Of a DNA stretch of 64,000 bases, positions 31,603 to 40,314 are shown in pieces. Source of the stretch: an uncultured delta proteobacterium (GTDB lineage: Bacteria > Desulfobacterota > Desulfomonilia > Desulfomonilales > Desulfomonilaceae); contig CAWBKB010000003.1 in assembly GCA_963789265.1 (NCBI GenBank), forward strand, positions 928,001 to 992,000, read 5' to 3'. The notes under the pieces are model-generated. The model was not told the DNA's origin and ran no database searches. It saw nothing but the letters and a program-made list of their open reading frames with translations. How positions within the stretch are numbered: position 1 is the first letter of the stretch; every line of letters starts with the position of its first letter. Made by a program: the position numbers and the translations under genes.

Positions 31603-32487
31603 ATGACGCTGCGAATTGGATGGTTCTCCACGGGCCGTGACCCCGCGGCGCGGAATCTCCTGGAAACCGTGCACGTGGACCTTTTGGCCAACGGAATCCC
31701 TGCGAAAATTGAGTGGATTTTCTGTCATCGAGAAACGGGAGATGGACCGGCAAACGAGGAGTATCGCCAAAGGGAGCTTTTCTTCGACCTGGCCGCGAGC
31801 CTCAACATCCCTGTAGCAACCCTCTCTCACTTTCGGTTCAAACCGGAAATGAGGAAAAAGGGCATCGAGGAAAGCCGTTCCGCAGCCGAAGCTTCGCCGA
31901 TGCTCCTGGAATGGAGGAACTTATACGGCCAAGAAGTGATTAAGACCATCAATGTGCTTCCGCCGGCGGACCTGGTTGTCATGGCCGGGTATATGCTGAT
32001 TATTGGCGAGCCTGAACTTGAGGGGCTAGTGATGGTGAACATACACCCTGCCCTCCCCTGGGGCCCGCGAGGAACATGGCAGGAGGTTATCCACCAACTC
32101 ATCGCGGAGCAAGCGAAAGAGCAGGGGATCATGGTTCATCTGGTCACAAATGAACTGGACAGAGGCCCTGTAATATCCTATTGCCGCTTCCCGATTCGCG
32201 GGGATGAATGGGACCACCTGTGGGAACACTGGAAAGCTGATATAAGTCCCGATTCAACCAGAGAGACCAGGGAAAGCCACCCGCTCTTTCGAAAGATCCG
32301 CGCGGAAGGGGAGAAACGGGAGTTGCCGCTCCTGCGAAGCGCAATCCGGGAATTGGCTTTCGGAAAGATAGTTATTCGAGAACGGCAGATTTTGGCCGAT
32401 GGCTTCCCTCAGCGGGAAGGGGTGGATCTGACTGCTTTAATAGAGGACATCATCGTCAAAGAACCAGGCTGCGGACCCGTGTGTTAG
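31603..32487 (+). CDS. Formyltransferase family protein (PurN-like)
   Basis: GWFSTGR, VMAGYMLI, NIHPALP, MVHLVT.ELDRGP (N/H/D catalytic residues retained). Confidence 0.8.
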   Translation: MTLRIGWFSTGRDPAARNLLETVHVDLLANGIPAKIEWIFCHRETGDGPANEEYRQRELFFDLAASLNIPVATLSHFRFKPEMRKKGIEESRSAAEASPMLLEWRNLYGQEVIKTINVLPPADLVVMAGYMLIIGEPELEGLVMVNIHPALPWGPRGTWQEVIHQLIAEQAKEQGIMVHLVTNELDRGPVISYCRFPIRGDEWDHLWEHWKADISPDSTRETRESHPLFRKIRAEGEKRELPLLRSAIRELAFGKIVIRERQILADGFPQREGVDLTALIEDIIVKEPGCGPVC

Positions 32488-32583
32488 TAAAACGGGACGG
32501 TTGGTTACAGCGAGACGACGAACGACGGTCGCCTCTACTCTGTGCCCCATTTCATCAATTTAGTACCATGCTTCTGGCAGAAG

Positions 32584-32644
32584 TGGTGGGACAGGCATCT
32601 TGCCTGTCGATTAAAAAATGACAGGCAAGATGCCTGTCCCACCA
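32584..32644. repeat. REP-like inverted pair between convergent genes
   Basis: TGGTGGGACAGGCATCTTGCCTGTC / GACAGGCAAGATGCCTGTCCCACCA; same family as 427-485. Confidence 0.85.
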
Positions 32645-32673
32645 ACACAGAACTAGGGCGGCCACGGGCCGCC

Positions 32674-33288
32674 CTACCTGGCCCTTTGACCTTCCACAAT
32701 CCGCTCTGTCAGCACCAGGACCAATGTGAATACCATGTCCAACTCGAACCATCGAGCTATCGACTTATCAAAGAGGACGGAAACCGAAGCGGGGAATTCA
32801 TCGTCTTCCTTCCATAGTACATAAGTCACAGGAATGCCGGAAAAAGGGAGGAAGCGCATGGCCTTGTCACCGTGGGGCACCGGGTACGCGCCGAGTTCTC
32901 GGGCACGATTCTCGAATGCTCCCGGATCATTCCCGTAAAGCCGAACCAAGGGCGCCACATGCAAGGCATGAGGTCCCTGGAAAAAGGTTACGCCGCCAGG
33001 AAAGTCTTTTTCGCTGACGTCTTTGCCGTCCAGGGGTCCTCCATTCTCCGCGACCAAATAGCGTATGAGAAGGATCTGAAACTCCTCAGGCAACACGCGT
33101 TTCGGATTTGGAGAAAGCTCTACAATTCGCTCGGCAACCGGATCTACGAGGTAGACCGAATTAAGAAAATCCACTTTATAGGCTTTACCAGAGGCGGCGA
33201 TTCTCACGCCGTCCCTATTTAAAATCTGTTCCCTGGAACGACTCCTAAGATCCTCCCAGTGGAACGAATTCGGAGCAGCACAAGCCAT
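32674..33288 (-). CDS. DUF3786-like protein
   Basis: ILLIRYL, DFPGG..FF, LW..DDEFPA..SVLFD..I pattern; ATG after AAGGAGG. Confidence 0.75.
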   Translation of the reverse strand: MACAAPNSFHWEDLRSRSREQILNRDGVRIAASGKAYKVDFLNSVYLVDPVAERIVELSPNPKRVLPEEFQILLIRYLVAENGGPLDGKDVSEKDFPGGVTFFQGPHALHVAPLVRLYGNDPGAFENRARELGAYPVPHGDKAMRFLPFSGIPVTYVLWKEDDEFPASVSVLFDKSIARWFELDMVFTLVLVLTERIVEGQRAR

Positions 33289-33394
33289 AGAGCCTCCTTT
33301 TAAGGAAGTGTGATCGTTCACAGCGGAGAGCACAGAGATCGCCTGGAAAAAAGGATAGCTTATATCAATGCCCCGTCAAACAAGCAACGGCATA

Positions 33395-33569
33395 CTGCCT
33401 GCCCCGCGTTCCGCGGGGTCACCCCGGATCCCGATCCGGAGCAGCGACGGCGTCCCTTCCGGCGGCTCGCGGACAACCGGCATCCCGCATCTCGCGGGAC
33501 CGGTCCTACTGGATGCGCGCGTACGCAGGCGTGACGATGCGTAGGGGCGGGTTTGAAACCCGCCCCTAC
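33395..33569. repeat. REP-like cluster with an intact GTAGGGGCGGGTTTGAAACCCGCCCCTAC
   Basis: Palindrome at 33541-33569 (the uninterrupted form of the MITE target), plus CCCGCG..CGCGGG hairpins. Confidence 0.8.
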
Positions 33570-33889
33570 TCGGTGTCACTTGCTTGGAAGCGAATCGGTA
33601 TTATTCAGCAATACGTAAATCACCTCTGCGCACTCTGCGGTCACCTTCCCCGGGCATCTTCCATGAACCTCGGACTATATCAAGCTGCTAATGGTAAATC
33701 GAGCACCTGCTGCACAATTTGCATTTGCACAAAATATTTTCGCGGGAAATAGCATACGAGGTTGTAATACATTGTAGCGTCAGGGCAGATTTTCATAAGC
33801 TTATTGCTCTGCCTACAAATGAGCTTGACTTTATCGGCCAAATAGGCAAACCTAATCAGTAAGGAATTTGCCTGCAGAAACAGGACAAA

Positions 33890-34333
33890 ATGCTGAGTCG
33901 TTTACTAGTCATTATTACTTGCGTTTCTATGGTCGGCATGACTGTGGTCCCTGCTTCTGCCATTCCCTGCTGCTGTAACAAATCAATGCACAGTAAAAAA
34001 ATGTCGGGGGCAAAGGCTCAAATGAGCCCTGCTTGCCTACCGGAGAGCGCGGACAAAGCTCTTCCGTGCTGTCACGGCAAATTTGTTAAAGCCTGCTTCT
34101 CGACGAAAGTCATGAGACAAAACTGCCCCAGATGCCGATGTCTGGAGCAGTTACAGATTATTGCTCTTTCCGGATACGCGCCCACTGAAAACAACATCCG
34201 AGTTTCCACAGTAACTCTCGCGACAGTCGCCTCGATGCCATTTACTGATTTTGAGAAGTCGGCCGTCGTCATGCCATCGTCTGACTGCCGCGATCCCATT
34301 ATCAGCCTCCAAACTTCCATTCTCCGCTGTTGA
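33890..34333 (+). CDS. Cys-rich exported protein heading a metal-handling cluster
   Basis: Signal peptide; CCC, CC and CPRCRC motifs; C-terminal ILRC. Confidence 0.7.
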   Translation: MLSRLLVIITCVSMVGMTVVPASAIPCCCNKSMHSKKMSGAKAQMSPACLPESADKALPCCHGKFVKACFSTKVMRQNCPRCRCLEQLQIIALSGYAPTENNIRVSTVTLATVASMPFTDFEKSAVVMPSSDCRDPIISLQTSILRC

Positions 34334-34467
34334 TACTTCCCCCCAAACATTCTTGATTACCCTGTAGTACTTTAACCCAAGGGCTGCACGAGAATTCTTG
34401 TCTATACTTGATCTCTCATGCCTAACGAAGTCCGTACAATTGGGCGGATGCCAATCGGAGTGTAAGT

Positions 34468-35413
34468 ATGTCCGTTGAAAGACCGATCAAAAAGATCGAC
34501 CTGGAGACACTGAACCAGGCAGATCGCAAAGTTTCTCTGAGCAAATTACGCCGCGTGGGCATTGCGGGGGCAGTACTGCTCTTTCTCGCAGGCGGCGCTT
34601 ACGGCGCGTACAGGCTTATCGCGGGCGAAGTGGTGGAATCCAGATTCGCAGTCAGCAAAATGGTATGCCCTGCCTGCGTCATTACAATAAAGGAAGTTAC
34701 CGGCAAGCTCCCCGGCGTCGTTGAAGCGGACGTCAGCCTCGCGGCTCGGAACGTAATCGTGAAGTTCCGAGATAAACAAACAACCCCGGACCAGATTAGA
34801 GAAGCCATTGCCAGAGCAGGCTATCCTATCAAACTGGACGGTTTGTTCAAGCCTGATGGCACTGGAATCGGCAAGCCGGTGGTGGCGACGGTAAACGGCA
34901 AGCCGATATTTCGAAAAGACCTCAAAATGCCTCTTAACGTGGACAACGCGGCCACAGAAGGTCCTGATCCTGCATCTGCCCTCTTCTCCGCGGTCGGTAA
35001 GGAGATCTTACTTCAAGCCCGCGGACGCTAAAACCGTTGTGATTCAGCCTCAGGAGATTGAAACAGAAATAGAGGCCCTTGCTAAGAATAAGGGCGCCTC
35101 GAAGGAAGAATTCCTCGCTCAGATCACAGCCGGCTTTGACTCCAACGAGAAGTACCTTCAGGTGGTTGGTCAACGGCTTGCCATCCGGAAGCTGCTTGAC
35201 GAACACGTGCTTGAGAGCATCCAGAACCCGCAGGAACGGAAACGCAAAACCATGGAGTGGGTTGGAAATACTTTCAAAGAAGCCGATGTCCAGATTCTTG
35301 ACTCCGGTTTCAGGAATAGGATCCAAGCCACGGTGGGTCAGGATCAGTGGAAGACCTTTTGGCCCAGAATGATTGCTAGGGAAACCGAACTGAAAAGCCT
35401 TCTGGTTCAATAA
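34468..35413 (+). CDS. Membrane-anchored HMA (CxxC) domain plus SurA-N-like helical domain protein (+1 frameshift near 35020)
   Basis: TM, then MVCPACV..I...LPGV..ADV (HMA); VATVNGKPI..EILLQA and helical repeat (SurA-N-like). Confidence 0.7.
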
Positions 35414-35491
35414 CGGTAGACTGCACCAAGCTCCGACCTTCGAGCGGCGGTGAGATTTTGTCCAAGCTTTGATACAGAAAGGATTGAAAAG

Positions 35492-35959
35492 ATGCAGAAG
35501 AAATATGTGGGACTTCTTGTGGCGGCAATAGTTGTTATTAGCATTCTTATGATGATCGGTGTCGCCTTAGCGTGGAACTTCACCCTCCCCGCTATGGAAG
35601 TTAAGCCCGTGAACGGCGTATTCACCTTCCCTGTTTCCACCTTTGAGGATGGAAAGGCAAGATATTTCGAATACAAACATGCGCCCGGCAAGATAGTTCG
35701 TTTTTTTGTCGTCAAAAGCACTGATGGCATTATCAGAGCCGCGTTCGACGCGTGCGAGCAATGTTTTCGTTCCAAGAAAGGTTACATCCAGAGAGGCAAC
35801 GACATGGTCTGCATGAACTGCGGACTGAAGTTCAGAACGGACAAAGTCAATGTGGTGACGGGTGGCTGCAACCCGGCTGGGCTGAGGAGAACAATCCAAG
35901 GGCCCAACGTGCTTATATCCCAGCAGGATGTTCTGGCTGGTCTGCGGTATTTCCAGTAA
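35492..35959 (+). CDS. DUF2318 domain (Fe-S/Cys-rich) protein
   Basis: FDACEQC..GY..MVCMNCG..GGCNP signature. Confidence 0.85.
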   Translation: MQKKYVGLLVAAIVVISILMMIGVALAWNFTLPAMEVKPVNGVFTFPVSTFEDGKARYFEYKHAPGKIVRFFVVKSTDGIIRAAFDACEQCFRSKKGYIQRGNDMVCMNCGLKFRTDKVNVVTGGCNPAGLRRTIQGPNVLISQQDVLAGLRYFQ

Positions 35960-35971
35960 GGGAGACAGTGG

Positions 35972-37129
35972 ATGAAACTTCACGATATAGCTGTGAACAA
36001 TTTGAGGCGTAGGAAGGGGAAGGTATTCTTTCTCGTCATGGGGCTTTTGGTCGGTGTGGCAGCAGTGGTTGCCCTACTCACCACAACCAGCGCTCTGGAA
36101 GCGGATATCGCTCACAATATGGATGAGTTCGGCGCCAATATACTCGTTACCCCCCGATCGGAAGGGTTGTCCCTAACTTATGGCGGAATGAATCTGGGCG
36201 GCCTCTCCTTCGATGTAAAGGAGATTTCAGAGGCTGACCTGAATAAGATAAGAACGATCAAGAATGCCGCCAACATAAGGATCGTCAGTCCCAAGGTTTT
36301 CGGTGTGTTTGAGAACCGGGGAGACAAAGCTCTTGTGGTTGGCGTGAATTTTGCCTCCGAATTTTCCCTCAAGAAGTGGTGGAAAATTATCGGAAACAAG
36401 CCCTCAAAGGATGGGGAACTCCTTGTAGGCAGAGAAGCGGCAGAGCGATTTCAGCTTCAGCCCGGCTCTCCCATCGACATAAAAGGGGAGACTTTTAAGG
36501 TGACCGGAGTGCTTGAATCCACCGGCTCGCAGGACGATGGTCTTTTGTTCATGTCTCTGCCTGTAGCCCAAAAACTGTTCGGCAAAGAAGGCAAAGTTGG
36601 AATGGTGGAAGTGGCGGCCCTGTGCAGGAACTGCCCGATCTCCGATATAGTTGCTCAGATCGCCCAAAAAATCCCCACAGCCAAGGTCACAGCGGTTCAG
36701 CAGGTTGTGGCCGGCCGCATGGATACTCTCCGCAGCTTTCGAAAATTTTCCCTCGGTGTTTCGGCCCTGGTCGTGTTCGTGGGCTCGATGGTGGTGTTCG
36801 TGACCATGATGGGTAGCGTCAACGAGCGCACCAGAGAGATCGGAATCTTCAGCGCAATTGGGTTCAGGCAATCTCACATAATGACGATCATCTTGGTGGA
36901 AGCGTTCGTGGTCTCCTTGATTGCCGGGGTGACCGGTTACCTTGCCGGGATCGGCGTTGCCCGTCTGCTGCTTTCGTTTCTCAAGGACCATACGGCCCAC
37001 TTCTCTCTGGATCCTTTTGTGGCGGTAGGTGCTGTTTTCCTGGCCATAGTGGTTGGTCTCTCGGCTTCTCTCTACCCGGCGATGGCCGCCTCGAAAATGG
37101 ATCCCAGTGAAGCTCTGCGGACTTTATAG
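35972..37129 (+). CDS. MacB/FtsX-like ABC transporter permease
   Basis: NNLRRRKG, GANILV, SVNERTREIGIFSAIG, PA..ASKMDP.EALR. Confidence 0.9.
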   Translation: MKLHDIAVNNLRRRKGKVFFLVMGLLVGVAAVVALLTTTSALEADIAHNMDEFGANILVTPRSEGLSLTYGGMNLGGLSFDVKEISEADLNKIRTIKNAANIRIVSPKVFGVFENRGDKALVVGVNFASEFSLKKWWKIIGNKPSKDGELLVGREAAERFQLQPGSPIDIKGETFKVTGVLESTGSQDDGLLFMSLPVAQKLFGKEGKVGMVEVAALCRNCPISDIVAQIAQKIPTAKVTAVQQVVAGRMDTLRSFRKFSLGVSALVVFVGSMVVFVTMMGSVNERTREIGIFSAIGFRQSHIMTIILVEAFVVSLIAGVTGYLAGIGVARLLLSFLKDHTAHFSLDPFVAVGAVFLAIVVGLSASLYPAMAASKMDPSEALRTL

Positions 37130-37141
37130 GGAGGTATCACG

Positions 37142-37834
37142 ATGAGTTACATAACTGCAAATCGTGTAGTCAAAGAGTTCGGCGATGGCGACGCAAAAGT
37201 GGCCGCGGTCCGAGGAGTAGACCTTTCAATCGATCAGGCCGGCTTTGTATCCATCATGGGAGAATCCGGGGCAGGCAAAACCACCCTTCTCTCAATGCTC
37301 GGCGGCCTGTTAAACCCCACACGCGGTGAAATCCTCATCGGAGGTATCAACATTTACTCCTTGAAGAGGAGCAAGCTGGCGGATTTCAGGCGCGAGTTCA
37401 TGGGATTCATTTTCCAGTCTTTTCAACTCGTTCCCTATTTGAATGTTGTTGAAAACGTGCAGTTGCCCTTGGCCGTCACCCATCATTCGGGGGCAAACAA
37501 GAAGGCGCTGGCCATGTCCGCCCTGGAGAGGGTGGGCCTGCAAGACAAGTGGCGTCGCCTTCCAAACCAGCTTTCAGGCGGAGAGCAGGAACGTGTAGCC
37601 ATTGCACGGGCCGTGGTTAATGAACCACCGATCTTGTTTGCGGACGAGCCCACCGGCAACCTGGATTCCAAGAATTCCGCAGAGATAATGCGCCTCCTCA
37701 CGAGGCTCAATTCCGAAGGCCAAACCATTGTTATGGTCACCCACAGTAATCATAACGCGGAATACGCTGACCGAATCATAGAGGTCGCCGACGGCAATCT
37801 CAAGGAAGGCCTGGCAATAAGGGCGGTAGTCTGA
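37142..37834 (+). CDS. ABC transporter ATP-binding protein (LolD/MacB type)
   Basis: [36 protein letters not shown]. Confidence 0.95.
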   Translation: MSYITANRVVKEFGDGDAKVAAVRGVDLSIDQAGFVSIMGESGAGKTTLLSMLGGLLNPTRGEILIGGINIYSLKRSKLADFRREFMGFIFQSFQLVPYLNVVENVQLPLAVTHHSGANKKALAMSALERVGLQDKWRRLPNQLSGGEQERVAIARAVVNEPPILFADEPTGNLDSKNSAEIMRLLTRLNSEGQTIVMVTHSNHNAEYADRIIEVADGNLKEGLAIRAVV

Positions 37835-38070
37835 GCAACTTTAGCGAAAGGCTCTCACAATGCTGAACGATGAGCAGGCTTTTCCTACCATAACAGTCGA
37901 GAATATTGACTTTGCGAAAATATATTTCATCATAAGGAAGTCGCTTAATCGAACGCGGAGTCTGGTGGAAAAATTCATTTGTGCGCGCGCGAGCGATGTG
38001 CAAACAGAGTCTACGGACCGAAGACGGACTTAATATTACAGAATGAGGGCATTATCGAGAGGGAAGAACC

Positions 38071-40314
38071 ATGGACGTCAGCTACATAACTGATCTTTGG
38101 GGCAGGATTCCAGCGAAGAAGCTTCTATTGGCCGTGCTGATCATCCTGGCATTTGTGCTCGGCTATTGCCTGCCGAAGAGCAGCGATACCAAAGTGGCAT
38201 GCGTTGATTCAAAGCATGAGCCGCAGAAGATTTCTACGGCCGCGGGTGCACACGATCACTCATCGGCCGGGTCTTCGAAAAAGGCTGAAAAAGTAAAATG
38301 GTGGACCTGCTCCATGCACCCCCAGATAAAGCTTCCCCATCCCGGTAAGTGCCCCATCTGCGCCATGGACCTTATACCGGTGACCTCGGACCAGGACACC
38401 GACACCAATCTTATACGATATACGATGTCCGAAGCGGCAAAGAAGCTGGCAGCAGTTGAAACCACAGCGGTAAAGCGCGACCACGCGAAGGTGGAAGTCA
38501 GGATGGTGGGGCTGGTGGATCAGGACGAGACAAGGATCGCATACCTGACATCTCGTGTTGCCGGGCGGCTTGACCGAATCTACGTTGATTACACGGGGAA
38601 TTTGGTCAGCAAAGGGGATCCGATGGTGACCATCTGGAGCCCGACTCTGATCACAAGCCAAGTCGAGTTGTTTGAGAGCATGAAGAGCAAGGACAGCGAG
38701 GGTATTATCAAGGGCGCTGAAGAAAAGCTCATGCAATACGGCATGACCCAAAAACAGATAAAGGACATCGAGGAAAAGAAAAAGCCGGATCTATACGTTA
38801 CGCTTCGGGCGCCGATAAACGGGGTGGTCACAAAAAAAACGGCGATCCTTGGCCAATTCGTTAAGGAAGGCTCCGAAATGTACACAATCAATGACCTGTC
38901 CCACGTGTGGGTGATGTTGGACGCCTACGAGTCGGACATGCCGTGGATACGTTACGGTCAAGACGTCACTTTCACCACTTCCGCGGTTCCGGGCCGAAAA
39001 TTCGCAGGTAAGGTCATGTTTCTGGATCCCGTGCTGGATACAAAGACCCGCACTGTGAAGATCCGTGTTGAAGCCGACAACCCGGATTACACGCTTAGGC
39101 CGGGTATGTTCGTTACGGCTGAAGTGAAGGCTGAAGTCGATTCAAAGGGGAGGGTCATCAAGCCGGAATGGGCCGGCAAATACATCTGCCCGGTTCACCC
39201 GTCGGATAAAGGGTGTTCAAAGCCGGGAATTTGTCCGATTAGTAAGAAAGCACTGCGACCTGCCTCTGCTTATGGATATGTGGACAAGCCAAACCCTGAA
39301 TTGCCGCTCGTGATCCCCGCTGCCGCTCCTCTGATAACGGGCAAGCGCAGCATTGTTTATGTGGAGGTACCTAACCAGGATAAGCCTACTTATGAATTGC
39401 GAGAGGTTGTTCTGGGGCCTCGTGCCGGAGACAGCTACGTTGTTTACAAGGGGCTGAAAGAAGGTGAGCGCGTAGTAACTAAAGGCAATTTCGAGATTGA
39501 CAGTGCAATGCAAATAGTCGGTAAGGCAAGCATGATGAATCCTATCGAGCCTAAACAGGCTCCGGCTCCCAAGGTTGCCAAAGCTTCTAACGCTTCCAAG
39601 GAAAATGGGGACGAAGAGGTGATTAAGAAGCTGCAAGCCCCTGAGAAGTTTGTCTTCGCGTTAACCCCGGTGGTTCAGGAGTACTTGAACCTCAAGGAAT
39701 CGCTTGTTTCGGAGAAGTCTGAAGAGGCCGCGGTGCATGCCAAGAAACTGACCGAGCTCGTGAAAGGAATGAATGCCGAAGGACTCGATGGCAAGGCTCT
39801 AAAAACCTGGACAAAACTCTCCGGGGCGATGTTGACCAACCTTAAACAAATCGCGGACAGCCGAGACATCGCGGCCATGCGTAAAGGCTTCGATCCTCTT
39901 TCTGAAGCGTTTGCGAAAGTTGTGATGGGATTCCGCCATACCATGAAGAACCCGCTTTTCTTGTATCACTGCCCTATGGCTTTTGACAACGAGGGAGCTT
40001 ACTGGATCGAATCGTGCAAGGATGCAAGGAACCCCTACTTTGGTAAAACGCCGTATGAGGGGCAATCAATGCTCAAGTGCGGGGAGATGATAGAGAAGAT
40101 TCCGCCCGAAACATTCCCTTCGCCGGACAAAGCAAAAGGTACTAAAGAGCCCGAGGCTAAGTCGAACAAGGAGAAACAAGGAAATGATTCGGCGGTGACC
40201 AAAGACAAGCAACACGTCGAATCGACTACCACCAAAGATAAGCAGGACTCCGATGCCAAGCCCGAGCCACCAAGTGCCGGGTCTCATTCCACGCAGAATG
40301 GGAGAGAAAAATGA
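38071..40314 (+). CDS. CusB-like RND periplasmic adaptor with heavy-metal-binding domains and a DUF3347-like C-terminus
   Basis: WTCSMHPQI..GKCPICAMDL, barrel-sandwich core, YICPVHP, YHCPMAF..NPYFG..MLKCG. Confidence 0.88.
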   Translation: MDVSYITDLWGRIPAKKLLLAVLIILAFVLGYCLPKSSDTKVACVDSKHEPQKISTAAGAHDHSSAGSSKKAEKVKWWTCSMHPQIKLPHPGKCPICAMDLIPVTSDQDTDTNLIRYTMSEAAKKLAAVETTAVKRDHAKVEVRMVGLVDQDETRIAYLTSRVAGRLDRIYVDYTGNLVSKGDPMVTIWSPTLITSQVELFESMKSKDSEGIIKGAEEKLMQYGMTQKQIKDIEEKKKPDLYVTLRAPINGVVTKKTAILGQFVKEGSEMYTINDLSHVWVMLDAYESDMPWIRYGQDVTFTTSAVPGRKFAGKVMFLDPVLDTKTRTVKIRVEADNPDYTLRPGMFVTAEVKAEVDSKGRVIKPEWAGKYICPVHPSDKGCSKPGICPISKKALRPASAYGYVDKPNPELPLVIPAAAPLITGKRSIVYVEVPNQDKPTYELREVVLGPRAGDSYVVYKGLKEGERVVTKGNFEIDSAMQIVGKASMMNPIEPKQAPAPKVAKASNASKENGDEEVIKKLQAPEKFVFALTPVVQEYLNLKESLVSEKSEEAAVHAKKLTELVKGMNAEGLDGKALKTWTKLSGAMLTNLKQIADSRDIAAMRKGFDPLSEAFAKVVMGFRHTMKNPLFLYHCPMAFDNEGAYWIESCKDARNPYFGKTPYEGQSMLKCGEMIEKIPPETFPSPDKAKGTKEPEAKSNKEKQGNDSAVTKDKQHVESTTTKDKQDSDAKPEPPSAGSHSTQNGREK

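Noticed and set aside
33711..33745. TTGCACAAAATATTTTC similar to TTGCGAAAATATATTTC at ~37912, a possible shared metal operator
   Set aside because: AT-rich, imperfect match with no recognisable CueR, CsoR or CusR box; too weak to call.
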